A stretch of 64,000 nucleotides of DNA from Macrostomum lignano (lineage: Eukaryota): contig NIVC01001237.1 in the NCBI GenBank assembly GCA_002269645.1, positions 248,001 through 312,000 of the forward strand, in the 5' to 3' direction. A program made the translations under genes and the position numbers. Shown here piece after piece: positions 24,900 to 39,800 of this stretch. Position 1 is the stretch's first letter. Every line of letters begins with the position of its first letter. Below the pieces are notes generated by a model, which was given only the letters and a program-made list of their open reading frames with translations, made no database searches and had not been told where the DNA came from.

Positions 24900-27800
24900 T
24901 CAATTCTGACTGGCCAACTCTTTTTCAACGGTAAGGTATAGCTGGTAGAGGCTAACAACAGTCGTAGACGATGCGGCCACTTGCTGCTGTGGACCCTGCT
25001 GGCCCGACTGATGCAGCTGCAGCTGGTGCTGCTGGGCAGCCGAGACAGTTAGGCCGCCTCTATCAGACATGATCATCTGGGTGCAATCCTGAACAGCCTT
25101 GGATTCGCCAAGTTTAGCTAAGCACAGGAACACTCGCATAGCAGCGTGTTTCAGTTCGATTTGTTTGTCTAATTCAGCTCTAACGGATTTCTCCGTGGAT
25201 TTCTCGGCAAATGTGGCCCGAATAGCTGGCACGAGGGCCTCGGTGGCGGCGAATACCGTGCTAGGCGCTCGGCTGCACAACCGCTCAAGGATGAGGAAGC
25301 ACAGGATTCGAATGTCTGCTACATCTTTTAGGCCGACCTCGATGTGTTGGATGAAGGTGAACAGGTCGATGCGGTCCACACAGTGCTCCACGAGGGTGTA
25401 CAGGCACTCGAATGTCACCTGGAAAGAGACAATTGGCAAGACTGCACTGTTTTCATCAAGGATCTGGGAGGCTGGCCCAGCAACTGAGGATCTGGGAGGC
25501 TGGCTTAGCAACTGAGGATCTGGGAGGCTGGCCCAGCAACTGAGGATCTGGGAGGCTGGTACAGTATAAACTCAGTAGAAATTGTCACCTTTCTCAGGTC
25601 AAGGCCAGCGTCCTCCTTATGCGAGAACGGGCCCATATTGATGACTCGAATCAGCGATTCGTCAACAGCCGTGCCCTTGTAGATTCTGGGCAGCAGAGTG
25701 TCCAAGTGGTCACGAATCAGAGCTGTCTTATTGTGCACGCCAGTATTGATCGCGACCAAGGCAGCCCGTCTAACCGTGAGGTCGGCGTGGCCCAAACAGT
25801 CGATAATTCGAGGCACCAAAGCTTTCAACTGTCGATCAGCTGGATGGGCTTGCGGTATGAAGCAGAACTTGATGGCGGTGAGCACTGTGCTTAGCATTAG
25901 AGGCGAGTCGCTGGATGTTTATAGGGGAGGGATTTGACGGGTGTATGCATGCATGCATGTGCAAATCGTATCGTATGGCACGAGGTCATGACTCATCATC
26001 TATTACATGTAGATAGGGCACTGAGGCCATGACCCATCATCTCTAGAGTACAGGGCACTGAGGCCATGACCCATCATCTCTAGAGTACAGGGCACTGAGG
26101 CCATGACCCATCATCTCTAGAGTACAGGGCACTGAGGCCATGACCCATCATCTCTAGAGTACAGGCACTGAGGCCATGACCCATCATCTCTAGAGTACAG
26201 GCACTGAGGTCATGACGCATCCATCATCTCTAGAGTACAGGCACTGAGGTCATGACGCATCCATCATCTCTAGAGTACAGGGCACTGAGGCCATGACCCA
26301 TCATCTCTAGAGTACAGGCACTGAGGCCATGACCCATCAAGAGCCACCAAGTACTTTGCAAACACACTATGCATATACATGCGAGAGTTTAATTAAAGGT
26401 TAATACTGACCAGAATAAAGAGACCAGATAATAAAGGCAGATAAGAGAAGTAAGCCTGCACTCACTCGGAGGCGGTGAGCAGCTCGCTCAGTCTAGGCAG
26501 CAGGCCAGCCGAGTCTAGCAGAGCCAGTTTGCCTAGACACTCAGACACGAGATTGCGTGCTCCCTCCTCAGTGGATAAAGCGCTGCGCTCAAGTAGCGAC
26601 CAAATTTGTGGTACGTGCGGCTGCAATGGCGCAAAATTGGCGCCGGCGCCTGCGGCGGCCACGTGCGAGATAATCTCTTTAAGCGCGTGCAACATGAAAT
26701 AATGATTGCGCGCCTCTGAACTGCCGCTAACTCCGCCAATTCTATTAAGAATGTAGGGCACGAAAGCGCCCAGATTGCCGAGGGAGATTTTGCCCAGTGC
26801 GATTGCGGCCGCGCCAGTCTGCCACTCCTCCTGGGGATTGTGGAATGCGGCTGACAGCGCCTCGCTCAGGTCCTGGTGCGGGCTTAGGTCGCTGAAAACA
26901 AATGGTCGGTTTGCAACAGTCTCTAGGCTAATCCGATCCCACACCCCACAGTCTCTAGGCTAATCCGATCCCACACCCCACAGTCTCTAGGCTAATCCGA
27001 TCCCACACCCCACAGTCTGTAGGCTAATCCGATCCCACACCCCACAGTCTGTAGGCTAATCCGATCCCACACCCCACAGTCTCTAGGCTAATCCGATTCC
27101 ACACCCCACAGTCTGTAGGCTAATCCGATCCCACACCCCACAGTCTCTAGGCTAATCCGATCCCACACCCCACAGTCTCTAGGCTAATCCGATCCCACAC
27201 CCACAGTCTCTAGGCTAATCCGATCCCACACCCCACAGTCTCTAGGCTAATCCGATCCCACACCCCACAGTCTCTAGGCTAATCCGATCCCACACCCCAC
27301 AGTCTCTAGGCTAATCCGATCCCACACCCCACAGTCTCTAGGCTAATCCGATCCCACACCCCACAGTCTGCAGGCTAATCCGATCCCACACCCCACAGTC
27401 TACAGGCTAATCCGATCCCACATCCCACAGTCTAGGCTAATCCGATCACACAGTCTAGGCTAATCCGATCCCACACCCCACAGTCTAGGCTAATCCGATC
27501 CCACAGTCTAGGCTAATCCGATCCCACACCCCACAGTCTCTAGGCTAATCCGATCCCACACCCTACAGTCTACAGGCTAATCCGATCCCACACCCGTCTG
27601 TAGGCTAATCCGATCCCACACCCCAGTCTCTAGGCTAATCTGATCCCACACCCCACAGTCTTCTAGGCTAATCCGATCCCACACCCCCCAGTCTCTAGGC
27701 TAATCCGATCCCACACCTCACAATCTTTAGTAGGCTAATCCGATCCCACACCCCCAGTGTTTAGTAGGCTAATCCGATCCCACACCCAGTATCTAGGCTA

Positions 27801-30800
27801 ATCCGATCCCACATCCCACAGCCTAAGCTAACCCAACCCAACAGCACAAAGTGTACAAAAAGCAAAATCCCAGACTACTCACACGTGCTTGCCAATTTCG
27901 CCCAGAGTGAGCAGGGCAAACAGTCTGCGACTATCGGCGGACTGTTGCTGGGCTGTTACCAAAGCGATCCAGTCGCGGATTAGAGCAGACCTGGCCGAGT
28001 CGGAGCAGTGCACAGTGATTTGGGCGGCGCACCTAGCCAAATTAAAGTACACTTCGTTGCGCATTGCGCCAGTGACCGGGGCGGCAAAAAATGTCTACAA
28101 TGTTGAATTCGGGACAGAGGGCAGATAATCTATAGATGTCAGGAACCGTGATCTATAGATACTAGGGTCTAATGACTGCGGACACCCGAAATTGTAAACA
28201 CTCATATCTACAGACACCGCAATTAGGACAGTCTACTTTATACAACTCAGTTCCGGATAGTCTAATCTACAGACAATCAAATACCGGACAGTCAAATTTA
28301 AAGACAATAAAATACCGGACAGTCTAATCTACAGGCAATCAAATACCGGACAGTCTAATCTACAGACAATCAAATACCGGACAGTCTAAACTACAGACAA
28401 TCAAATACCGGACAGTCTAAACTACAGACAATCAAATACCGGACAGTCTAATCTACAGACAATCAAATACCGGACAGTCTAAACTACAGACAATCAAATA
28501 CCGGACAGTCTAATCTACAGACAATCAAATACCGGACAGTCTAATCTACAGACAATCAAATACCGGACAGTCTAATCTACAGACAATCAAATACCGGACA
28601 GTCTAATCTACAGACAATCAAATACCGGACAGTCTAATCTACAGACAATCTACAGACCTCGGACAGCTATAGACCCCGACTAACCTGTCCCCGTTCGCCG
28701 TGAAGCAGAGTCTGCAACAGTTCGGGCCCGTCCGTGCAAGCGGCGGCAGGCGGCGGCAGCACAGCCTGGCCAAAGAAGTCTAACAAAGCATCCAGAGCGC
28801 CGCCGTGCAGATGATGACTGTAGGCTAGGCTGCAGGCCACAGGCAATACGCGAGATCTGATTGGCTCGGCTGCTAAAGCGCCGGCCCGTTGTAATAGAAC
28901 GGTTGTCAATGCAACCGATTGTTGACTTGAAGCGACGTCCGTTTCTATACCGCTAATCAGTGGCGGCAATTCCTCAATAATGCAGAGCATTTGCTGCTGG
29001 CTAACCTGGGAGCCTATGAAATAAAAAAGGAAATTTATTTGCCAAACATACTACTGATCAAATGGATTTTTTTTACAGAAATCATGTAAGTAAAAACCAC
29101 CAAAATGACTCACTATAATTTGAGAACAGCGTCTGCAAACACAGCAGAGTTTGTATGCGAAGCGAGCGTTGATTTTTTCTTAGTAGAGAACCCATGGTCT
29201 CGATGCACTGGTTCTGAAATTGTTTCAGATATGATGGCTTCAAAATTAAAAATTCATCAAAAGGCACCTGGGCGCCATGAAAGGCACCTGGGCGCCATGA
29301 AAGACACCTGGGCGCCATGAAAGGCACCTGGGCGCCATGAAAGGCACCTGGGCGCCATGAAAGGCACCTGGGCGCCATGAAAGGCACCTGGGCGCCATGA
29401 AAGGCACCTGGGCGCCATGAAAGGCACCTGGGCGCCATGAAAGGCACCTGGGCGCCATGAAAGGCACCTGGGCGCCATGAAAGGCACCTGGGCGCCATGA
29501 AAGGCACCTGGGCGCCATGAAAGGCACCTGGGCGCCATGAAAGGCACCTGGGCGCCATGAAAGGCACCTGGGCGCCATGAAAGGCACCTGGGCGCCATGA
29601 AAGGCACCTGGGCGCCATGAAAGGCACCTGGGCGCCATGAAAGGCACCTGGGCGCCATGAAAGGCACCTGGGCGCCATGAAAGGCACCTGGGCGCCACGA
29701 AAGGCACCTGGGCCCTACCTAGAGGCGGAATGTTCGCGGATAGCAAAGCGCGCTAATTTTGCGGTATAAAACGGCTTCAATGCCGGCCGCATTAGGCAAG
29801 GTAGCGTGGCCGAGCGGTCTAAGGCGCTGGTTTAAGGCACCAGTCCGAAAGGGCGTGGGTTCGAATCCCACCGCTGCCAAAACATTTTTTTATAATTTTA
29901 TTATCATCTATAACAATCTGACTTACAAGAATAGGGGACAAATTAATTTTCAACGGCGATTTGGCGATTTTGTCGATAGCTTTGACGGCAGTCAGTCGGG
30001 TGACTTCATTTTGCAGACGGTTGCACAGAATTGTTAGGCAGTCCTGCAGTTCGGCCTGAAGACAGTCGGCAGAGTGGTACAGGATCGAAGCGCTGAAATG
30101 CGGGGGGGGGGTAAAAGCACAATAAAATATAGAAACTATCTAATCCTATTCAAATTGTTGAATTTTGTATCTTGTTTGGGTGTTAAATACTAAATTCAAG
30201 TGTGTCAGATAAGCTTATTTTCGATACATATCGGCAAAATTTTAAGGATAACTAGACTCGCTTTCTCGAGGCTCGAGACTTTATGCAAAGCTAGAAAGAT
30301 CCCAAATTCTGATGTAAAAGAGTCATAATTCTGAAGTTATGAGCTAGCGGAAGTAGGTATAAATACTTCGTTGACTTTGTGAAAATTGTGAAATGAAGGT
30401 TGTGGAAGTTTCAAGCTAATAACAGGTATGAAATTTTGAGCTTGTCAATTTTGAGCTTGAGGGGCTAGGAACCGCCCCAGATAAAAAATAAGGCTCGGAA
30501 AATTTGAGACAAACAACAAGTGCTCACGAAGGAACTTTGTTTTAAAAGAAAACATACAGAAATCCAACAGCCCTCTATATGCTTTTTCGATACATATCGG
30601 CAGGATAAACTACGATAAAACTTACACGCACGAAATGGACCGATCTTTAACCTCTTGATCTTTGTCAATCGCTACAAGCACCTGCTTAACTTCCGGATAC
30701 AATACAGACGTCAGTTTCTGATGATCCGGCGATGGACTAATCCCGGCCGGTTCGAATGGTCGAATAATAGTTGCTAGGATGGTGGCGGCCAATAAGGCCT

Positions 30801-33800
30801 CAGAGCAGATGCGATAGAAGGGATCTTTCACGCATTCCAGCACTAGGGTGAGAATCACTGGCAGATGCGAATAGAAGGTCTCGGGCGTGTGAGTTCGCAG
30901 CAGAGTGTTGAGAAATTGTATGGCGTCGATTTTTGTGTTGTTCACAGATTTGTCGCTGCAATGAAATGAGTAAGTAACATAAATAGTAGTATGATAATGA
31001 TACGTGCACAATTTTGAGATGTTATACGAAAAAACTTCGATCCAATGGTCATGTTTTGTGTGGTTTAATCAGTAGATGTAAGTGGGGGCAAAGGCGCCAG
31101 TTCCTCCAAAAGTTAGGTCATGACCCTAGGAAATTTGAAAATATTTGACTATCATATTTGTCTGATTTATTAGCTATATCGCATCACATTTATCGGATAA
31201 GATGCGTTCGGAGAGATGCTTTCTTTAGTCTCCCAATAGATAACCCAATGTACAGACAGATACCTCAATCTACAGACCCCAATCTACAGACAGACATCCC
31301 AATTTACAGACACCACAATCTACAGACAGACACCCAAATCTACAGACAACACCACGATCTAAAGACACCCCAACCTACAGACAGACACCTTAATCTATAG
31401 ACAGATGCCTCAAATCTTTAATCTACAGAATCTACAAAATATACCTAATCCACATGTACAGACAAATACCTAATCTACAGACAACTAATTACAGACAGAC
31501 ATGTTAATCTAGAGACACTTACATATCTATAGACAGTTTAGTCCATACACTAATCTAAGATCCTAACCTCTAGACGGACTCTACGCTCGTAGTGGACCCT
31601 AGAGACACTATAAGAAAGTAAACCAGATAGAAATGTTTAACAAAGTGCCACAAAAGCAATTACTTGATAGTGAATCGCAAGCCAGGCAGCACGTGGCCCA
31701 GGTGTACGCTCAAACAGCCTGGCAATACGCCGCACAGTTCGCGCAGAATATGAAAGGCGCCGCTTCTAGTTCGCACAGATCGGTGTCGCAGTGCTCGGTG
31801 AAGATTCTGCACAATGGCTGGCACTAATCCTGCTAGCTGTCTAGCTGGGGAGGATTCGTCAATGTCCATGCGATCGTCGGCAGAACCAGACGATGGCACA
31901 GAGGAGGCTGCAGCAGCGGCGGCCGCTGATGTAATGCTGCTTAAATTGCGAGTTTGAGTCAGTAGGGCGATGAAAGCCTGAAACACCTCCGCTTTGACGT
32001 TCTCTTCGCGTTCTGTACAAAAGTGTTAACGAAGAGATAATGGTAAAATTTCAGGTACCCAATTTCCACATGTACACACCCAGTTTACACATGTATACAC
32101 CATATGCCGAGTGTATGCACCCTATGCCGAGATGTACACACCCTATGCCGAGTGTATGCACCCTATGCCGAGATGTACACACCCTATGCCGAGTGTATGC
32201 ACCCTATGCCGAGATGTACACACCCTATGCCGAGATGTACACACCCTATGCCGAGTGTATGCACCCTATGCCGAGATGTACACACCCTATGCCGAGATGT
32301 ACACACCCTATGCCGAGATGTACACACCCTATGCCGAGATGTACACACCCTATGCCGAGATGTACACACCCTATGCCGAGATGTACACACCCTATGCCGA
32401 GATGTACACACCCTATGCCGAGATGTACACACCCTATGCCGAGATGTACACACCCTATGCCGAGATGTACACACCCTATGACAATATGTACACATTCTAC
32501 AATCACAAGTTAGTAGACGTGTGCAAGATTGGGATTCCAATTAGCAGAGAAGCAAGCATCCAATTCGCACAAACTGATTACACAATTATCATTTAGCTCA
32601 CCAATAAACCGCTGAATAAGCACCGGAGCCACGGTATCGTAGAACTCGGGCAGCATATCCATATAGTTCAACACGCAGCACTGTATGGTCTTCGCTGCAC
32701 CGCGGCGAACTTTCCAAGACAAATCGTCGTCGTCGCTATAAGCGTCGTCTTCGTCATCGTCGTCGCTGGCCCCCTGCTGCTCGTCGTCATTGTCGTAGGC
32801 CGACGGCATTGCCGCGTCGTCGTTGTCGTCGTTATCGTAAGAATAATTGGGATCGTAGCGCAGCAGTTGCAGACAGAGGGGCAACAGTTTGGGCACGAAG
32901 CTGGCGGATTCTTTTGGACAGCTGCGAACGCAGGCCTCCAGACAGGCTAAGCAAAATTCTCTTAACTCGTCGTCTATATCGTTGGATTTGCTGTCGCCGC
33001 CAGACTGGCAGTGATGAATCACTAGGGGCAACAGGCTGGTTAGGTGCGGGCCGCATTTGGCGCGAGCTTGCCGGCTGACAGCGCCAAGGCATTGGACGGC
33101 TGTTTTCACCTTTGCGTGGGTGGGTAGCGATGTCGTTGATTTTCAGTTGATATTGTTGTGAATAGTCACAGGATGATAACTTGAGGGGGGGGGGGTAACA
33201 TTGACAGGGATCTCAAACTTGAGGATATGGGATGATATAGGGATCTCAAACTTGAGGATATGGGGTGATAGGGATCTCAAACTTGAGGATATGGGATGAT
33301 AGGGATCTCAACTTCAGGATATGGGATGATAGGGATCTCAAACTTCAGAATATGGGATGATAGGGATCTCAAACTTGAGGATATGGGATGATATAGGGAT
33401 CTCAAACTTGAGGATTTGGGATGATAGGAATCTCAAACTTGAGGATATGGGATGATAGGGATCTCAAACTTGAGGATATGGGATGATAGGGATCTCAAAC
33501 TTGAGGATATGGGATGATAGGGATCTCAAACTTGAGGATATGGGATGATAGGGATCTCAAACTTGAGGATATGGGATGATAGGGATCTTAAACTTGAGGA
33601 TATGGGATGATAGGGATCTCAAACTTGAGGATATGGGATAATAGGGATCTCAAACTTAAGGATATGGGATGATAGGGATCTCAACTTCAGGATTTGGGAT
33701 GATAGGGATCTCAAACTTCAGAATATGGGATGATAGGGATCTCAAACTTGAGGATATGGGATGATATAGGGATCTCAAACTTGAGGATATGGGGTGATAG

Positions 33801-36800
33801 GGATCTCAAACTTGAGGATATGGGATGATATAGGGATCTCAAACTTCAGGATATGGGGTGATAGGGATCTCAAACTTGAGGATATGGGATGATATAGGGA
33901 TCTCAAACTTCAGGATATGGGATGATATAGGGATCTCAAACTTGAGGATATGGGGTGATAGGGATCTCAAACTTGAGGATATGGGATGATATAGGGATCT
34001 CAAACTTGACAATCTATCCAATGGATATGGGATGATAGGAATCTTGAACTTGGGGATATGGGATGATAGGGATCTCAAACTTGACAATCTATCCAATGGA
34101 TATGGGATGATAGGAATCTTGAACTTGGGGATATGGGATGATAGGGATCTCAAACTTGACAATCTATCCAATGGATATGGGATGATAGGAATCTCAAACT
34201 TGATGATTCGGGATGATAGGGATCTCAAACTTGACAATCTATCCAATGGATATGGGATGATATAGGAATCTTGAACTTGGGGATATGGGATGATAGGAAT
34301 CTTGAACTTGGGGATATGGGATGATAGGAATCTTGAACTTGGGGATATGGGATGATAAGAATCTTGAACTTGGGGATATGGGATGATAGGAATCTTGAAC
34401 TTGGGGATATGGGATGATAGGAATCTTGAACTTGGGGATATGGGATGATAGGGATCTCATGATGATTTGTGATGGTAGAAATCTCAAATTTGGGAATATG
34501 AGATGAAATGATAGGGATCTGTAACTTGAGGATATGGGACTATTAGGATCTCGAACTTGAGGATTTGGTATGAAATGAAAGGGGATCCTAACTTGAGGAT
34601 TTAGAAGATCTCAAAGTTAAGAAATACAGATGAGTTACCACAAACTTAGACTTAATGATTTGCCGAATTTTCCACAGAGCCCCCCCCCCTCCCTTACCTG
34701 ATCCGGTTTGCCGTCGGGCGCTAGAGCCGACCGAAAGTGAGTCATCAAATTGTCGAACAGAGTCTGGCTACAGCACAGCACCAGCTGAGCTATAGCTAAA
34801 ACTGCTTTCTTGCGCACCGACTGTCTGGAGCTGTCCAATTGGCCTAGGGCAGTTCTCATAGCCGCCCCGTGATGCGGCACAGTGTGCGGTGATGAACCAA
34901 ACTTAGCTAGCAGGTCGGCCAGAATTTCTAGGCACTCCATCAGCTGGCTGGCATCGTTGTCTCTGGCATCGATTGCCGCTAACAGGCTGGGAGTTACTAT
35001 GCGGCACAGCTGGGCCTGCGGTTTTGGGCAGTTGTTAATATAAGTGATCATGGTCACGTGACCAATTATTGAGTCTGAGCACTAGATTGGATGCAGTGAC
35101 CAATTATTGAGTCCCTGAGCACTAGATTGGATGCAGTGACCAATTATTGAGTCCCTGAGCACTAGATTGGATACCGTGGCCAATTATTGAGTCTCTGAGC
35201 ACTAGATTGGATACCGAGGCCAATTATTGAGTCTGAGCACTAGATTGGATACTGAGGCCAATTATTGAGTCTCTGAGCACTAGATTGGATACCATGACCA
35301 ATTATTGAGTCTCTGAGCACTAGATTGGATACCGTGGCCAATTATTGAGTCCCTGAGCACTAGATTGGATACCGTGGCCAATTATTGAGTCTCTGAGCAC
35401 TAGATTGGATACCGTGGCCAATTATTGAGTCTGAGCACTAGATTGGATACCGTGGCCAATTATTGAGTCTGAGCACTAGATTGGATACGGTGGCCAATTA
35501 TTGAGTCTGAGCACTAGATTGGATACCGAGGCCAATTATTGAGTCTGAGCACTAGATTGGATGCAGTGAGCAATTATTGAGTCTGAGCACTAGATTGGAT
35601 ACCGAGGCCAATTATTGAGTCTGAGCACTAGATTGGATACCGTGACCAATTATTGAGTCTCTGAGCACTAGATTGGATACCGAGGCCAATTATTGAGTCT
35701 CTGAGCGCTAAATTAGATACAGTGACAAATTTACACAAGTTTCACCTGCAATTGAAGATCGGTAGGTGGCACGGCAGCAATAATAGTCTTCAAACCAATA
35801 GCGCTGGTATCCTTTAGTAGAGGATTAGGCGACCCAGATAACTGCTTGCACAGGTAGTCGAGAATGTGCTCAACTTGAGCTTCTTTAACCTAAGGAAAAA
35901 TAGCCATCAAAAAAAACTTTTAACACGACTGTCAAATCAAAGAAACTAATACTAACTGTAATAGTCAGAAAATATTAGCAGTAAATAGTTAATTACTTAT
36001 ATACCTTCAGCACAAGCGGTCCAAGACACTTCACAGCGAGATTTTGAACTTCGCCAACCTGATCCTCCAGTCTAGACAGGAGCATTCGTACAATCTTCTT
36101 CTCGGAATCGTCGTCCATATTGAGCGAATCGCGTTGCAACTCCTGCATTAGATCGTTTGTGGCCATGAATCGGAAGTCTTTGTCGGAGGAGGCCATCTGT
36201 GTGAGTGGGGCGGGGGGGGCAGTACAAACAGTTACAATGCTAACAATTAAAATTTCACTTATGCCAAGAAGTGTCCCAGAGTCACTTAAGGTGTTTCATT
36301 TTTCCTGCAACTTTGTGGCAGTAATTTATTTATATTTAATTGTATCAAATCCATACTTAAGTTATCTTTCAAGTTTATTCAAATGATACCTCAAAAGAAA
36401 AAATATTTTTAAGCATATAAATTGTCTCTCTCCTTTTATTTGTGGCACTGGCATTGTCTTGCAACCTATAGACCTATAAAGATAGTCTCTTACTATGAAG
36501 ACCCAATTTATTACAAGGTAAACTAAAGTTACTTTTTCATACTATATAAATAGCATTGCACACTTGCTTCAAGCATTTAACAATTTAAATTAAATTTTGA
36601 TTTACTAATACTAAAAAATACAAAAGTTTCCCTCTTAAGGAACTATTAAAAATCAGAATCACAAAAAGCACAATTTGAATATTCTAATAAAAAATACAAC
36701 TATAAAAACCAACAGTTCTTTCATTAGTGCTAAAATTTTAAGTTCTTTAGTATAATCATAGTTGAACAAATTATAATTAACATATAAAATATAATAATGA

Positions 36801-39800
36801 ATAATAAAATTTGATTAACAGTAGGAATACCAAGCCATTTTTCCGCCCGTCGAACTACCAAGGGGGGGGGGAAATTCCCCCCCCCTGACAATTTTTTTCG
36901 CTGCGCCGGAACGGAGCAACGCAGGCACACGAAATTCAAGAACACGGGCTAACTTTTTGTTGCGCACCTTCTCAAACAAGAATCAAGTCGCCAGCCCTTC
37001 GGACCGTCGAGATATTCGACGATTCTGCCAGAAGGTCGGATTTTTCCCATAAGCGCTAGTGTATTCAGTACACCCCTGTGCGCCAATCAGCACTGCGCCT
37101 CAGTGCAGCCTTGCCAAGCCTCCAAATTTCATCAGCACGTCGACCACATGTGTCTGCATCAGTTCTGACTTCGTTGGTCACTAGCCTTCACCCAGGTGGA
37201 GCTTCTGGACCCTCAACAGCTGTGGCACCAGGAGACTATGGACACCCTGATGCTGATTTCTCTAGTTTCGCCGATCAAGCCTCGACAGTGGGCAAGAATC
37301 AACCGTCAGACATTCTTAGCTAGTCTCTCAAGCATTCCGTCACCACCCCGACGCCGCCGGCACCTTCAACAGATTACACCAGGTGACTATGGACACCCTG
37401 ATGCTGATTTCTCTAGTTTCGCCGATCAAGCCTCGACAGTGGGCAAGAATCAACCGTCAGACATTCTTAGCTAGTCTCTCAAGCATACCGTAATCATCCT
37501 GACGCCGTCGGCACCTTCAACAGGTGGCACGAGGTGAGTAAGGACACCAGAGCGTGATTTTTCATCATGCGCCGAACATTTCTGAAGCTCTCAAATTTTT
37601 TTAAGCACGGACATTGCTATAGTTAAGCTTGAACTCATGTTGCTGTATATGTATATTATTATTACACATACTTTTATACATACGAGCTACATACATACTT
37701 TATTTGACAAGCTGTTTAGTTTATTGAACTATAATATAAGAACCCAATAATAATATACATATACAGCAACATGAGTTCAAGCTTAACTATAGCAATGTCC
37801 GTGCTTAAAAAAATTGAGAGCTTCAGAAATGTTCGGCGCATGATGAAAAATCACGCTCTGGTGTCCTTACTCACCTCGTGCCACCTGTTGAAGGTGCCGA
37901 CGGCGTCAGGATGATGACGGAATGCTCGAGAGACTAGCTGAGAATGTCCGGTAGTTGAGGTTTGCCCATTATTGGAGCTTGATAAGAAAAACCTGACATA
38001 TTTGCAACAGGATGTCCATAGTCACCTGGTGTAATCTGTTGAAGAAGCCGACGGCGTCGGGATGATGACGGAATGCTTTAGAGACTAGCTGAGAATTTCT
38101 GTCGGTTGATTCTTGCCCACTGTCGAGGCTTGATCGGCGAAACTAGAGAAATCAGCATCAGGGTGTCCATAGTCACCTGGTGTAATCTGTTGAAGGTGCT
38201 GGCGGCGTCAGGATGATGACGGAATGCTTGAGAGACTAGCTGAGAATGTCTGACGGTTGATTCTTGCCCACTGTCGAGGCTTGATCGGCGAAACTAGAGA
38301 AATCCGCATCAGGGTGTCCATAGTCACCTGGTGCCACAGCTGTTGAGGGTCCAGAAGCTCCACCTGGGTGAAGGCTAGTGACCAACGAAGTCAGAGCTGA
38401 TGCAGACACGTGTGGTCGACGTTCTGGTGAAATTTGGAGACTTGGCAAGGCTGCACTGAGGCGCAGTGCTAATTGGCGCACAGGGGTGTACTGAATACAC
38501 TAGCGCTTATGGGAAAAATCCGACCTTCTGGCAGAATCGTCAAATATCTCGACAGTCCGGAGGGCTGGCGACTTGATTCTTGTTTGAGAAGGTGCGCAAC
38601 AAAAAGTTAGCCCGTGTTCTTGAATTTCGTGTGCCTGCGTTGCTCCGTTCCGGCGCAGCAAAAAAAATTGTCAGGGGGGGGGGGAAATTCCCCCCCCCCT
38701 GGTAGTTCTACTGTTAAAACAGTTTGTTTTTATCTATGTATTAGCTACTATTGAGATGATACCTAAGACCATGAATAATTGACATTAATAAATAACTTTA
38801 ATGGCAATGGTGATGGTGACAACAATGGTGCCTTTAGTTTTGCTAGGGCCTTCCTAATAGTATATATATGCCAGGATATAACCTTTGCATAGCAATTTTG
38901 GAACAGAAATTTATGCAGAACTTTTTGCACAAGTTTATGTTTTAAAATGCACAAGTTTCTTTTACATTGCAACAATAAAAGACTCTTGTAATTTAAACAA
39001 TAAAGAACTTTCTTGAAATTTTTACAATAAAGAATGTTTTTGGATAGCTGATTTTGTCTTACAATATACATGTAAAACTTCTATTCCATAGTCCGGATAA
39101 TGGCAGGCATATGCCGGAATGAAAATTCATGTTTTTTTTCAATTTTTTGCCAATGTAAAATAAATAAAAATTGTTATGCCAAAACTAAAATTGCTTATAC
39201 GCCATTTTTTAATGAATTTATAGGAATTCAAAACTTTTACTAAACTTTAAAACAGCTGTTTTTTGCTAAAAATTGATATTCTTTGTTTTAATTTTCTTGT
39301 GATTGTATTAATATATTCTATTTTATTTTCCAATTATTTTTAAAGAGCTTTTGCCATTGGTTGATATTTAACTACACAATTACATTAGCCTTGAACTTGG
39401 CTATTTTTTGCACACCAACAGTGTACACTTTATGTTTAACCTGAAAATTCTATACACCAAGCATATGCCAAGATTGTCAGCAAGAGCAAAAATATGCCTG
39501 AAAATTCCAGCGTAAAGTAGGGGATGACCAGGATGGCCAAAGTTGGGCCTGGGTTGGGCCCAGGAATGAGGACTTGGGCCGGGGTCAGGCCTCAGGAATT
39601 CGGGACAAGATCTTTAGGACAGCTTAAGAATTGGAAAAAAATCATAATAAATCTTAATACTTTTAGCATATGCGGATTACTACTATTAAATATATAATAA
39701 ATATTATTATTATTATAATAAATTAGTTAAGACTTAAGAATAGACAAGAGTTATATTACAAGACTCAAATATTTATCAAAATATCAAAATATGATCAAAA

